Assembly (NCBI GenBank): GCA_028534125.1
Contig: CM052816.1
Coordinates: forward strand, 54,934,001-54,998,000
DNA: 64,000 nt
Direction: 5' to 3'
From: Lama glama
Lineage: Eukaryota
Part shown: positions 38,111 to 51,383 of the stretch, one piece after another
Layout of the letters: the number at the start of each line of letters is the position of its first letter
Position numbering within the stretch: the first letter of the stretch is position 1
Program-made: the position numbers and the translations under genes
Notes under the pieces: model-generated
Database searches by the model: none
What the model saw: the letters and a program-made list of their open reading frames with translations, nothing else
Told to the model about the DNA's origin: nothing

Positions 38111-39449
38111 ATTCATGAAAGACGTCTGAGTTTTGGAACAAGGAGGTCTTGGCTCTATTTCTGTGTAACACAATCATGGCAGGTTAAGACCGCGAGCTTT
38201 CATTTCCTTATTTGCCAAATGGATCTAACACCATCTGCTTCATCTCCACAATTTAGATGCATTCATTCAATCAAGAAGAGATGTGAAAACACTCCAAAAA
38301 GTTATGAAGCCCTCTGCAAATGTGTGGCATTAAGAACAATGGGAAAGTGTACATACATGTTTATCCAACCCAGTGTTCTGGCAAACAGTTCGCCCAAGAG
38401 AACACTGAAGCATCTCGTTGTTCTGAACTGGAATCTGTCCATCATGCACAATCAGAATGTGCACGGTGAGGACTACATGATCTCTTCTGTGAGAGTTGGG
38501 AGGTTTGGTTTTTCTTCATACAGGAGTTCCACACTGTGGGATGGCCCAGGACCTAACAATGTCTTGTTAAGTTTGGTCAGCTGGCCACTTAGGATATGCT
38601 GAGTAAGTGCAAATTATAAAGCACTCCAGAGTCTCCAACCTGCAGCCCCCAGAAGTACTGTAACATAATGGTCTATTCACAGTAAGAGAAAGTTCCGTTA
38701 TTCATCAGGGCTTCTTAACTGTTGGTCAGGGGTGTCATCAATCACCCTTCTTTGTCTCCTGGATTACTGATGTACCTCCAAAACATTACAATTTTGCATT
38801 TGAGTACACTCATCTCAAACAGCAATCTCATAAGCATAGGGCTTTTATGATAACTCATAAAATTCTTAGCATTATTCATCAACATTTTTCTGCACAGGGA
38901 AGAGCTGACTAATCATCTGAGTAAGGAGGGGGGCCCAGCAGAGGACACAGAGTGCCACACTTCTCATCTGGGAAGGCCAAGTTAAAAGCAAAACAAATGG
39001 CTTTTATCCACCTAGAGAATAAATGAAAGTTTAAAGCTTAGCAATGAATCTGGGTGAGACAAAGCAACGTTTAGAACTTCTTACAAAGACAGCTCAAAAA
39101 ATAAAAGAAAGAAGTGCCACATTTAAGAAAAGATGAAAAAAATTCACCTTTGAAGCGATGGTTCCATTACCCACTACTTACACAATAATGAGTCTTCAGT
39201 CCCCGAAAAGCTCCCTGGGTTGGAAGATCTCAGATAACCAGCGTCTTGAAGGAAGAGAGCTGTGTCCTCAAGCTCCAACCACAGAAGGAGGCACTACTGG
39301 CCCTTAACAGTTAATATTACAAGCAGAGTGTGGCCTCATCTTACTTTCCAATCAGTGTTATTAAGATACAAGCCAAATCACTTCCTAAAACAGAACCCTG
39401 GCTTCTTAGTATGAAACACAACACACGTGAATGTGAATACCATTTGCAG

Positions 39450-39923
39450 CGAACAGTCCCTGCCACAGGATCCCCCTTACAGTGTTAATGCTTTGTATTC
39501 TTCGTAATCTCCTCCCCGAGAGTGCAAGCAGGACCTGCGCTTTGCTTCTAACCAACAGAATGTGACAAAGGTGACACACCGTCACCCCTATGATTACAGT
39601 GCCTTATATAGGACTGTATCTTGCTAGCGGACTTGTTGTTATAGTCCTTTCTCTCCCCACGTGCTTTGAGGAAGGCAACTGCCACGAATCTTACAACCCC
39701 AGGAAACTGAACACTGCCAGCCACACCTGAACAGGGAAGTAGGTGCTTCCCTCGCTGAACCTTCAGGTGAGAACCCAGCTCCAGTCATCACCTGATGGCA
39801 GCCTCCAGAGATCCTAAGTAGAGGGGCCAGGTAAGCCACGGCCAGACTTGAGACCCACAGAAACTAACAGATGATAAATGAGTGTTATTTTAAGCTGCTA
39901 AATTTAAGTAACAGAAAATAATC
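39450..39923. mobile_element. MaLR LTR (MLT1E/F-like)
   Basis: 'ttgcttctaaccaacagaatgtgacaaaggtga', 'gacccacagaaact...gataaatgagtgttattttaagctgctaaattt'. Confidence 0.8.
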
Positions 39924-40029
39924 ATTCTTTCTACAGTGAGTAAGCACTTCCTGATCAACAGTTTTCAAACTTGGTTCTCTTGAAAGAAACGCTGTCCTCC
40001 TACGAGGTTTCTCCTCATAAGAAGAGCCC

Positions 40030-40220
40030 CATGTTCGCTGAGTCACATACTGCGCTCAGTGCTCCACACACACTACCTTCACTGCTTCCACGACAGTCCT
40101 ACGAGGAGAGTGACAGCTGAGAAAACTGCAGGTCCAACACCCAAGGCCCCCCAGCTACAGCCATGATCCCAATCCAGGACCATCTAACTGAGACGTCTGT
40201 CTGCTACTGTTCCACACTGT
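40030..40220. mobile_element. MIR SINE fragment
   Basis: 'gacagctgagaaaactgcagg...cccaaggcccccagct...aatccagg'. Confidence 0.55.
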
Positions 40221-40569
40221 CTCTATTTGTTTCTGTTTTAATAACCTGTAAAATAGTATATATTTACACCAAGGACATTTCATCAAATTACTTTCCCTTG
40301 TTTAATCACTGGGGAAGGACCTGTAAAAGAAAAGTCATCATTAAGGCATTATAGGAATGGGTATTCTATTAAGTACCTAAGAATTGCTCTCACTTCTACA
40401 TACTATGCTTTGTATTATTATTTGTATTATATTTTTCCTGATTATGGACATGATATCAACTTATTGTAAAACCTCAGGAAATTTTTTAAAGTTATCAAGA
40501 AGAATTATAATTTTTGAACTGGCAATAAATGTAATTAATATTAAAAAATTCATACATTTTTCCAAATAC

Positions 40570-41180
40570 AACACATGTGCTGAAGAAATTATTTGGCATG
40601 ATTCTGTTTCAGTTACACAGTATCATTAGACTTCACAAACTTAATTTTTAATGACCCCAAATCCAAAAATCCATCATTTGTGCTTACAACATTTAATTAA
40701 AGGGACACTTATTCCTAGTCATGCAGTTTGCTTGTAATTTCTTTCTCACTTCTGTAAATAACGTGGGAATAAACATTCTTGTGGAGGAATCTGCTGAGTC
40801 ATAAAAATATTTGTTGCCAAATCACCCTCCCAAAAGATTATATATTACTTATACTCCCACACAAGAGGTGTGAACGCGTTTCCCTTAACCCTAACAGTGG
40901 CGATCATGTTTTAGTCTTTGTCAAATTTGATAGGTAAATGGGATGTTTTTATAATTTGCTTTTCTTTGATTAAGGAGTTGGGAAAATGGTTCATATGCTT
41001 ACTTTTTTTAGAATGTGAAATATCTATTAAAGTAGGCACAAAAAAAGCTTCAACTGAATGTTCTTCCCTTATATACTTATTTGAAAAAGGCTCTTTATGT
41101 ATTAAGATTAATCTTTGTCTTACATGTTGCAATTTTCTCTTTCTCTTTTCTTTCCTAATTGATGCTCAGAAATTTTTGTA
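40570..41180 (-). mobile_element. Old L1 (L1ME-like) fragment
   Basis: 'ttgccaaatcaccctcccaaaag...ttatactcccacacaa', 'tttgtcaaatttgataggtaaa', 'taatttgcttttctttgatta'. Confidence 0.65.
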
Positions 41181-42399
41181 AAAACATTTCTTAAAAAGTA
41201 ACCTGATAAATATCAAGGTACAGAACTAAAGTCTAACATAAGAACTCTCCTGACCTGAGATAAAATAGAAGTTCATGGCATGTGCCTTTGGCGATCTTCA
41301 AATTTTCAGGATTACCAATCACCTCTTCCAAGTACAAGGCCACTTGAGAGGTCACAAAAGTCCCTGAAAAATTCCCTGTACTAAGTGCTGAGAAAACAGA
41401 GATGAAGATAATTGTCTCTTCCCTCAAGGTTCTTACAATAATCAGTCCCACGAGAGAGACCGTTTGAGCTGTCAATGTCATCTCTGAGACAAAGTCTGGG
41501 CAAACTTTTCCTTTCTTGATGTTAAGCCATTAAACAAGCTTTAAGAGGATAACCTTTAAAATTCTCTGTCCAAGCAGATACTGAAAGGACCTCTAGTGGA
41601 AAATCTTCAGTGATGATGACCGAGGTCAATTACTCAAGTCTCCCATCAGGCAGGTGAAGCCTCAGGAGGCCTACCTTCCCCTCCAGAGTTGTGTTCACAG
41701 GAAATCCTGACTACAGTCCTCAGAGAAGTGGCCTCGGGAAGTTCCTAAGGCACGAGCAGCTATGTCCCGATCATGTGTGGCACCTACCCGTTCCCACCGA
41801 GGGCTGACCCAGCAGCTGGCCCGGGACGGCCTATCTGTGTGGCCAGAGGGCTGTCCCGCCAGCCGCTGCATTCAGCTCTGCTCAGTGAGGATGCAGGACT
41901 TCGCTGCCTAGAGTCTCTCCCAGGACTTTGAAATGGAAATGGGGAGAACACTGCTGAGTTAGAAGGGACTAAAATAAAGTAGGAAGAATCCCAAGAGATC
42001 AGTGGGAGCAGAACTAATGGCAGAGACCCAGAGTCAAAAATAAAGAACACGCTGCTTCTAGGGGAGGTCACTTCCACATTCTCAAACTCCGCTCCTGCCT
42101 GCTGTCTGGGACCCCAGCAATTCCTTCACTCAGCCCTCCAGGATCCAAGGCGACCTGAGGAATTCTGTCCCTTCAACCATAAAGAGCCTGACACAGCAAC
42201 TGGCGCTGCCAGGGCTCTGTCTAACAGACTCAGGCCCTTGGGCAGAGCTCACTGCTCAACCATCAAACTTCCCCACCCCTGCGCCCCATGCAAAAGCATC
42301 AAGATCCGGAACAGACCATTCACACCCTAGGCTGGCGCCTCTGAAGACGGGTTTGACCAGCGGTGCACAACCATATTTTCATGGCTTGCACCCAGCCCT

Positions 42400-42580
42400 A
42401 GGAGTCTTTTTAGATTTTTTTTCCTCCTCATTGCCTCCCGATTAAATTTTAATACCACAGCTATATTGCCTATTTATTTATGCACTGCATGTATATCTAT
42501 CTGTTAAATGTAGAAAAAAATTTTCGACCTCCCAAGAACCAGTGTTTGCCCCTGGGTGTACATAATCCTATTGAGAAACA
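42400..42580. mobile_element. hAT-type MITE fragment
   Basis: 'aaattttaataccacagctatat...ttttcgacctcccaagaaccag...cctattgagaa' resembles a Charlie-family MITE. Confidence 0.4.
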
Positions 42581-43489
42581 AAGAGTTATACAATAAAAAG
42601 GTATAAAAAAACAGCACTTAGAAAAAAGGAGTGTTCTCATTTATAGAGGGGAAAAAACCCAAACCTCTCTCGCAGTCTTCAGCTAGGAATCTAAAGAGGT
42701 CCCAACTCAGCTTTAGAAGTGACCTGTAATATGGCAGCCTATCTAATTAAAAGATATCCAACTTCTCCATTATGATTTCTTGAATTTCCTTCAACAGCTT
42801 TTTTTTTTTTGATGGGGGAGGAGGACGAGTTTGTATGAGTGCGTCAGTGTGTGTGTGCATAAGAGAAAAACGGGTAACAAAAACAAACAAAAAATTCTCA
42901 AACTCTTGTGGTCCTTTTACTCAATTATTTCTGCAATTATTCTTTCCTCATCTTGTATCCTATTACATGTTTGTTTATTTTTTATTGTTATTGGAGGGGG
43001 CAGGAAGGTGTGTATGTGTTTAGTTCCAGAATTAATGAAATGAGTGGGAAGGGGCATATACAATTGTGGGGGTCACTGAAATATTCCCCAAGGCGTTACG
43101 ATGGAGAACTCATCACTGCTGTCAGGAATAACTGAAATGCACCAGAGAAGTAAGCCAGAGGGCAGGCGCTTATTTGCTGGCACTGGTGGATAATTACAGT
43201 GAAGTTCACTTCAGCCTGGCTGATCACAAATCCTCTGTGGTACCATATGAACAGACCCTTTTGCTGGGTAAAATGTCTTTTATTTGACATTTTCTTCTCT
43301 AATTATTGTACATATTTCATTAAACTCTGCTCTAAAAATCTCATAGAAAACAGGTCATTTGAAGACAAACAAAAATTAGGTAAAACATCGAGAGAATTTA
43401 GACCGTGACAGTATCAGCTCCATGACCAAAACCCATTTATCAAGGGAAAAAAGTCAACTAGGCCTTATGAGTAATAGCAGATAAAGCAC

Positions 43490-44100
43490 AAATCATTCAA
43501 CAAATATTTACTAGCTACTACTTATCGGACTACTTGGTACCACTGTTCTAAGCATTTGTGATCTCGGTCAACGAAAGAGATGACGACTCCTGCCTTCAAA
43601 GAGGGGCGGAGAAGTGTCGAAGGGTCTGACGGGAAACAATAATAAATGATGTATTGTGTTTGGAGGCAATTAGTGTCACGGACAGAAAAGGTACAGTGGA
43701 GTCAGGGGGATGGAGAGAGCCAAGGGTGGCGGGCTTGGGGACAGGCTGCAATTTTCAATAAGGTGGTTTGGTGACATCTGAGCAGACTTCCAGGAGGTGA
43801 GAGGTCAGCCTTGGAGACATGCAGGGATGAGCATCGAGGTGGATCTGAGAAACAGCAAGGAGACCAGAGGGGGTGAGCAGCGTTGGAGGAGAAAGGACCA
43901 GACAAGATAAGGGGCGGGGTGCTTGCAGACCACCATGAGGACTTCGGCTTTCATCTGAGTGGGATGGGAGCCCCTGTGTGTTTGTGGGAAGAGAGTAACA
44001 TGATCTGACTTGTGATTGAAAAGGATCAGCCCGGCTGCCAGGTGGAGAACAGAGGGTGGCGGGGTCAAGAGAAGAAGCAGAGAAACCAGCTAAAAGACAC
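43490..44100. mobile_element. L2 LINE fragment
   Basis: L2 3' end 'atcattcaacaaatatttactag...cactgttctaagca' and body 'gagtaacatgatctgacttgtgattgaaaaggatcagcccggctgc'. Confidence 0.8.
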
Positions 44101-45761
44101 ACCAGACAAAAGGGACTGCAGCCGATACCATCAGGAAGACTCTGAGCAGAAGCTACTCAGGCAGCACACAGAGGGTATTATTCATGTCACAGTGAACAAA
44201 GGCCAAACCTGCAATCTGGGGCCTTAGCATCCTGCAACCTTGCTGGCGCTCATCTCACTTAACTAATACCCACACGTTTTGCTTTGGGCTGTCATTTTCT
44301 CAGGAGCCACATGATACTTTCTGGTGAAGGGACCCTACTTTACTTACCTTTGAATCCTCACTGCCCGCCCCACAGGACTCAGTCTTGTGGACTGAGTGGA
44401 GAGTGGACTAGTGTCTTCTTAGGCTGGGCTGCCTCCTGCCTAGAATATTTTAAAGGCCTCCTTCTCTGCCCACAGTCTCCCTCCCCTCTCATCATTAAAA
44501 CTGTTGGCTGCTTTTACTTTGCAACTCCAAGACTGTCACACACACCTCTGCACGTCAGGATAGCAGGGACACATCTCACCTAGCTGGCAAGGCTTCCAGG
44601 ATGGGCTTCTCCCCTACCTCGCCACCTTCCCTCCCACTGCTAATTCTGGAACAGGAAATCTCTGCTCCAACCTTTTGCCCAAATACCTTGCCCTTTCCCA
44701 AGGCTAATCTTTTCCTTATGCTCCTCCCCCTCCTCCCCCCACAGCTTAAAAAAATCTTATTCATCCAAGGCAATATCTCAGTATCACCCTTTCACTCAAG
44801 ACTTCTGCCACCCAGGTGACTGCTCCCACCCTGCCCTCTGGGGACAGGAGGCATGAGCCACTCCCTCACATTTAGGTGAGAGCACGTCTGAACACAGTCC
44901 ATGGGGTCACGTTGCCCTGACTCACTTTACAGCCCCACTGGCCACCTGCACAGCAACCTTCTCCCAGGAAAGGCCTTATTCACAAACCTGAGAAAGAACC
45001 TCTGGGGCCAAATGCATTTCAATCTTCTCTGAAATCCCTTTGCACAGCCTCAGCAGATTCCCATGGTGGGTACTGACCAACCACCCGCTCTTATGACGTT
45101 ATTACAATGGTGATGAACAGGGCTGTGTCTTATTGCAGACTTTGCTCTGCGTGTGTTTCAGGGGCCATGGGAGTGGCAAAGGATGGCCAGGGAACAAGAC
45201 AACAGTGACTTCCCAGGGCAGAAAAGCACATCGGGTGTTCTAGGAGTTGAAGAGGAGGCAGGAAGTGAAAACCAGGGTGAGCTTCTGGAGGCAAGGGTCC
45301 AACTCAAATGTCCTAAGGGACATGTCAGAGTCAGTGTTACAAGAAGGGAGAGGAGGCACGTTCCAAGCAGAGAGAACAGTGCGTTCAGAGGCATACAAAT
45401 CAGGCAGAGAACACAAGGAGCTCACTTTGCCTGAAGGTGGGAGGCACAGAGACAGTAGGAAAGGGATGGACGGGACTCATGTTTATTGCTGAAAGTCAAA
45501 GGCTCGAGTGCTGGTCAGGATACAAAGAGCAAAGTGAGGGAAAGATAGCAAATTATAAGACAGGGTCATGCACATCCTCTCAAACAGATGGCAAGCTCTG
45601 TCAATTCTAACATTCTTACCAACGCTATTTCATACAAGTCACAGAAACTATATCGTTTCCAATTTTTTCACAAAGGAAATACGAGGGGAAAAATGCATCT
45701 TCCTCCGTCTCTCCCACTATATTCCATCTAATAAGACTTTTCAAGGTTTAGCAAGCAATAA

Positions 45762-46410
45762 TGAGACAGGAGGGAAGGGAGGAGGGTGCAATCATTAAAG
45801 GAATGACATAGCAATTGAAATTAGGTCAAAAACTGGTTAAAACCTGACTTGGCCCAAGATGGCAGGAGAGTTGGCTAGCAGTAGACCTTAAGCCTCATTA
45901 TCTGCTCGCTGTGATACATTAGCGTACTAAATGACACGCCTGCAAGTCCCATGACAGGTCCTAGGCTGGCCTTAAAAAGCCAAAAGTGGGTGGGGCCCAA
46001 TTCCTAGGAATCTCTGCCCCTTCCCCAAAGAAGCTGGAATAATCCTCCCACTGGTTAGCACGTGAAGTTACCAAGCCCATAAAACTAACCATCCAGCACC
46101 CCAGGGGCCTCTCTCTCTCCTGCCTTCTGAGACGGCTCACATTCTGTCTATGGAGCGTGTGTTTCCTAAGCTGTTCCCACTTTCCAAGACAACCCCATCT
46201 CTCAGGGCCACCACTTTGCCTTCTGAGATGCCTGCACTCCGTCTATGGACTGTGCACATCCCTGAATAAACTTGCTTTTGCTTTCCTGGGATTTGCTCTT
46301 GAAGTCCTTCCTACAAGAAGCCAGGGACCCTCACTTGGCTGGGTGCATTCTGGGGGCTTGTCTGAGACCTGGGACATGGCCATCCTCTTGCATCCCATTT
46401 TCATGCAACA
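45762..46410 (+). mobile_element. ERV1 solo LTR, MER41-like
   Basis: TG...CA termini (tgagacaggagggaaggg...catgcaaca), 4-bp TSD ataa/atta, TATA-like cataaaa (~46078), AATAAA 46265-46270, and an internal direct repeat at 46121/46217. Confidence 0.8.
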
Positions 46411-47657
46411 ATTAAAACACACATACAGATTCAGGGCTGATCTTCCAGGAAGCAGCAAAAGAACATGAATAGTTTCCTCATGTCTATACAAACATGACAC
46501 ACAACATGGCAAGAACAACACACAAGAGAGAAAGCAAAGTTTGCAGAAGTAGAGGAAGTAAAACCATTATAAACCATAAACTAATCACATCACACTCACT
46601 ACTATATAAATATGTGATAATGCCATCAGAAGCCTCCAACTGATAAACCCAAGGTCTTAAAAAATAAAAGATAAAATTCTTAAATGCTATGTATTCTAGA
46701 TGTCATATTCATGTCACTGGATTTTTTCATTTTACTAGACTTTTTCCATTCAGGGGTGCTAAGGAATATACTTTTAAGCTCATATATTCAAAGAAAAATG
46801 CTCAAAACTATTCAGCCCTTCGGTCCCAGAGCCTTCTTAATTTAATCTGTGCATCTTAAATATGTTCGGCCAAACAGATATGATATTATTTTAAAAATGG
46901 AAGAGTCTGTTTGAAAGTCAGAATAGGAATAAAGTAGTATTTAGAAAGAACATCTTAAAAGGATCTAAAGTATATACAGTGCCTGCTGGCTATTATAACA
47001 ACAACAAAACAGCTTTTATCTTTTATGCTTGAAGCCTCTTTTATGCTTGAGGCCAGATTTCTGGCCACTTGAGTGGTACTTTGAGGTCTTACGCAGTTAT
47101 TACTGAATCTTTCATTCCCTTCATGTCCACCTCATCGCTTACAAATCCTAATGCTCTCTAAAAGCACTCCACACACAGGACATTAAGTTCCACAGCATTT
47201 TATTTTTAGATTTAAAATATTCATCAAATAGTGGCTTAACATAATTCACAGGTAGATACTGAAAAGAAAATTGGCATTCCAGGGTGATAGTAGCTTATTA
47301 TTTCAGAAATTAAAAGCTAGATACAAAGTCATCTTTTCTCTCTCACATTACTAATAATCCCATAATGATAAAATTTCTGGTAACATTTTATATTGTTAGA
47401 GAGATAAAATTCTATAGTGGACCAGAGCAGCCTAAGTGAATCATCTTCAATCTTTCTGCATATTTTAAAAAGATGTGGGGAGAAATTTTTTTCTCTTCAA
47501 TGCTTGTAACATAAAACCTGTCTTCTTCCTGGGAATTCCACAAGAAAAGGGGTGTGTGGAAATTTGCATTTCAATGAAAACCGCTGCTTGGACTAGTGAA
47601 TTGTTATTTCCAAGCAGCATGCTCAAGTTTGAGGCGTGCAGCTGAAAGACCAAGGGG

Positions 47658-47836
47658 GAAAACAAATTTCTTCTGTATAGCAAAGACTATATTCGATATC
47701 TTGTAATAACCTTTCATGAAAAAGAATATGAAAATGAATATATGTATGTATATGCACGACTGGGACATTGTGCTGTACACCAGAAAACTGACACATTAGA
47801 ACTGACTGTACTTCAACTTAAAAAAAAAAAAAAAAG
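47658..47836 (+). mobile_element. Short young L1 3' end
   Basis: Same 3' UTR as 22947-23193 and 34252-34415 ('tgctgtacaccagaaaactgacaca...tacttcaa') plus an A-tail. Confidence 0.9.
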
Positions 47837-48429
47837 ACTACAGTGGGCCGCCAACAGAGACGATTTCACACGGAACGTGAGAGCTAAGAAATGTCCTTGC
47901 AGCCCAGTTAACCGAGTCTCATTTTACAGTGACTCATCCAGAAGGTGAGTGGTGCAGAATGTTGTGTGCATGTGTGGTGTGTCTGTGGAGTGTGTTGAGC
48001 AGGGGTGATAAGAGATGCGAGAGGTAGGACTCAGAAATCATCCTCCTGGAAACCATAGCTGAATTCAAGCTCTAACAGACTCAACCAAATTTTATCAAGG
48101 TAGAGTATTATTTTCAAAAACAGTACATGGAAGAGGTTGGGGAGAAAGGTAAAAGGGCATCTTAACTGGCAAAAGATATTCCTACAAAATGTGACTTCTT
48201 GACCTGGGAAGAGGCAGAAATAAGAGTGAGGTCTAGAAGACAACGCTGCAGAGCTTAAAGCAGGAAACAGATACAGGGGCCACTCCAGACGAGATCCGTG
48301 TGTGGTGTGTGGAACCAAGGTGGCCTCTCTCTGTTCCCACGCGGCCTTTCTTCTCCAGAACAGCTTACCCAGAGCTCAGACAGTTCAGACGTGGATTTCT
48401 TGCAAGGCTGCCGCTAAGAGGCACGGAAG

Positions 48430-48680
48430 GAGGTGGGGTGAAGTGGTATCAGTCAGGTGCAAACTGCAAAGGAGCTTAGGACACCGTGGAAGGCTGGCCT
48501 CACATCTCGGGGTCACTCTTGTCCTGACATTGGCCTTGAATGATTGCAGCACCTCTTATCATGGGTTTCCTAAGTAGTGGTGAATCACGCCTGCATCACA
48601 GGACCGCTGTAGGACTGGATGTAAGAATGGATGTGAAAACCTAGCTGGAGGCCTGGCTTTTCAAGGTATGTGGTATTTAT
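48430..48680. mobile_element. MIR SINE fragment
   Basis: 'tggccttgaatga...gggtttcct...tgtaggactggatgtaagaatggatgtgaaaacc...gcctggc'. Confidence 0.5.
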
Positions 48681-49974
48681 TAGCTCCCCGTCCGTTCTTC
48701 TCAAACCCACACACCAAGGGAATCTGGAAGCAGAGACTTTGGCCTCTGGCTTTGAAGCTAACAGATGGCTAATCTTCCTAATACAACATAGGCTGCTGGA
48801 TTAGTCTGGCTTTACAGGGAAAGGGCAAACCCACAGCCTCTTCCTCTGAGGCAGCCCATACCTTGTACCTTCACACCTCCCTCACTGAGGCAAAATGTCA
48901 GCAAACTATTCCCAAAAATGACCTTAATAGAAACAGGATGGATGCCAGAAAGATGAATTACTGACTCTCACTCTCTCTTCCCATTCCTTAAACTGGAATG
49001 TTTTCAGACCAGCCAAATTTTATTTCAGCAAGCTGACCTTTTAGTTTATTGTTATTCAGAATCAGAGACTCCTTGGTAGGGCAATTACCAAGTTAGATCC
49101 TACCCTACTACCTTAGGGCAATCTTAAAAGATAGGTGCTCATTGAGATTCCCCTCCCCACCCCAACGGTTATCAACCATTAACTCAGTCTGTAAAAGAGT
49201 AAAGGTTTGACTTTACCTGTGATTAACAGACACAAACAACCACTGTCACTGAGGGTCGGATACTAAAGAGTAAACTAATTACCCACTAACAAAAATTCCT
49301 CCTTCCTTTCACCTTAATTTTCAGTAATTTAAACAGGATAAGGAACTGACAAGCACTAGACACCAAGTCCCTCAGGACACCGTGAGCAAACTGCTGAAAA
49401 CAGTTTTTACATCCATTGTTACTTCCAGCCCTCAGAGCAGTCCCGTGACGTAGGCGTTGCTCCACACTTAGTTAGGAAGCTGGTAAGTGGTTCCATCATC
49501 ACTCAAGGTCAGGGGCTAGAGAAGGGTGACCCCCAGACATGAGGCTGGGTTTCCGCCTCCTTGTAACTCCACAGAGCCCTGAATTCCTGATACAGTGTCC
49601 TCCCCTCTCGACTCAGGACTTCCCAGTAGGGCTCTTCCATTTTGAATTGTGAAAGCACTGGACATACTCCGTATGTTTGAGTGTATCCTAACCACTGTTG
49701 CCGCTCAGCTTTGGGTTTTCTGTTCGTGAGGAAGTCGCACTGTGAGGCCTCCTCACCGGGACCCAGTAGAGAACAGACTCAGTGACTGGCAAACGTGCCC
49801 CCTCCCCAACCCACCCCACCCACAGGGGAATGTTCTCCGTTCCCAGCCCTCCTCCACAAGGAGCAATCCTGCACGTTCTCAGAGCTGCAAGTCAATACAG
49901 TCAATTCCTGAAAAGTAAGGAACCAAGAGCAACTGAGATCTTTGCGGCCACATCACTCGAGTGCTCGAGTGTCG

Positions 49975-50170
49975 TCTCTTCTGTCTCCCTCCTACAGGAT
50001 ACTTGTGATGGCACCTGGGGCCGACTCAGACAACCCAGGAAAATCTCTCATCTCAAGATCCTTAATTTCATCACATCAGCCAAGACACTTTTTTTTTAAA
50101 TAATGTAACATTTATAGGTTCCAGAAATTAGGACCTAAGGTCTTTGGGAGCCATTATTCAGCCTACTACA
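49975..50170. mobile_element. MaLR LTR terminal fragment (MLT1C/D-like)
   Basis: 'aatctctcatctcaagatccttaatttcatcacatc...gccattattcagcctactaca'. Confidence 0.8.
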
Positions 50171-50225
50171 AACCCATACCGATCAATAATTTATAACACT
50201 GTTCAAAATGTTTTGTTTTGTTTAA

Positions 50226-50381
50226 AGGTGTTTTTAAAAAATATTTTTGGTGTTTTTTTTTTTGTGGGGGAGTAATTAGGTTTAGTTAGTTAGTTAGTTT
50301 ATTTAATGGAGGTACTGGGGATTGACCAGGACCTCACACATGCTAGGTACGTGCTCTACCACTGAGCTATACCTTCCCGCC
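50226..50381 (-). mobile_element. Camelid tRNA-derived SINE (long-tail form)
   Basis: Plus strand 'gggagtaattaggttta...atggaggtactggggattga...ctctaccactgagctataccttccc'. TSD aaatgttttgtttt at 50206 and 50384. Confidence 0.9.
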
Positions 50382-50540
50382 TTAAATGTTTTGTTTTTAA
50401 CATATAAAAGTAAAATTCACCCAAAAGATACACAGTGCAAGTTAAGAAGCCGTTGTAAACTGTATTCTCATCTACAGTACACATCTTCCCCAAATTCTCT
50501 ATCTTCCCAATAATTCCATGAAGGCAAATTTTATGCTTAC

Positions 50541-50675
50541 TTCAGAGATCAGCAACCGATCTTCCAGTGCACGTGGAAGATGCAGGGATAGCACACTCTT
50601 ATGTCTACACATCCACCTGACAACTGTTCCAATTGACATGTTTGACAGAACTATGAGAAGGCTGGGTCGGTAATA
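50541..50675 (-). other. Candidate exon (135 nt, or 110 nt with the alternative acceptor)
   Basis: Donor GAA|GTAAGC at 50540. Acceptors ttttgttctctgtaaAG (50676) or ccttctcatAG (50651). Confidence 0.25.
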
Positions 50676-51277
50676 CTTTACAGAGAACAAAATCAGGCAC
50701 AGAAACCAACAGCGGGAGTCAGACGATCTCTCTTTTGTTGTAACAACATAAACTAACGGAAGAATCACTTGAATGACCTCACAGGGTTCTCTGAGGACTA
50801 AATGAACCATAAAGCTCTTTACAACCAGCAGTTACTGCATCCAAGTGACCCGGGCTTGCTCTGTTTTTCCACTATAAGGAAGCCAGCTGTGAGGGAGACT
50901 GAAACTAGGCAAGTAGGTGGGTTAACAAGCATCTCACTGGCTTGCCTCTTTCTCAGTCACATGAATTGCACGCCCTTACCAACCTTCAATTTTTAAACTA
51001 GCAAGGACTAGTCAGATTTCACAAACACACTTCTCGATGAAAGCACACTGTTCTTGTCTTCAGACTACTTTAGGTCTCCCTTTGATATGCACTTAGCATC
51101 CTCAGCCTTCCCTTCATGTAAGTCATCTGGACAGTTGTTCACAGTGAGAGCCACAAGGGTAAGGATGGCAGAAAATCCAGCGTCTGCCCTGGTACGTGGT
51201 GGCACAGGGCAGTCAGGCAAAGCTAATGGCCTACCCAATATCTATCTGTCCCCCTTCTTCTAGTTAATACGCCAGTT

Positions 51278-51383
51278 CTTGTTTTTTTTTTTCTTTTTCT
51301 TTTTTAACAGCGGTACTAGGGATTGAACCCAGGACCTCATGCTTGCTAAGCATGTGCGCTGCCACTGAGCTATATCCCTCCCC
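51278..51383 (-). mobile_element. Camelid tRNA-derived SINE
   Basis: 'gcggtactagggattgaacccaggacctcatgcttgctaagcatgtgcgctgccactgagctatatccctcccc' with a T-tail. TSD aat(a/g)cgc(c/t)agtt. Confidence 0.9.

Noticed and set aside
44342..44441. Perfect minus-strand donor AAG|GTAAGT with a possible upstream acceptor
   Set aside because: The acceptor is weak and the context is repeat-like; isolated consensus donors are common by chance.
50558..50582. Hairpin containing CAGTGC, resembling an iron-responsive element
   Set aside because: The five bases flanking CAGTGC do not pair, so the IRE loop geometry is not met.
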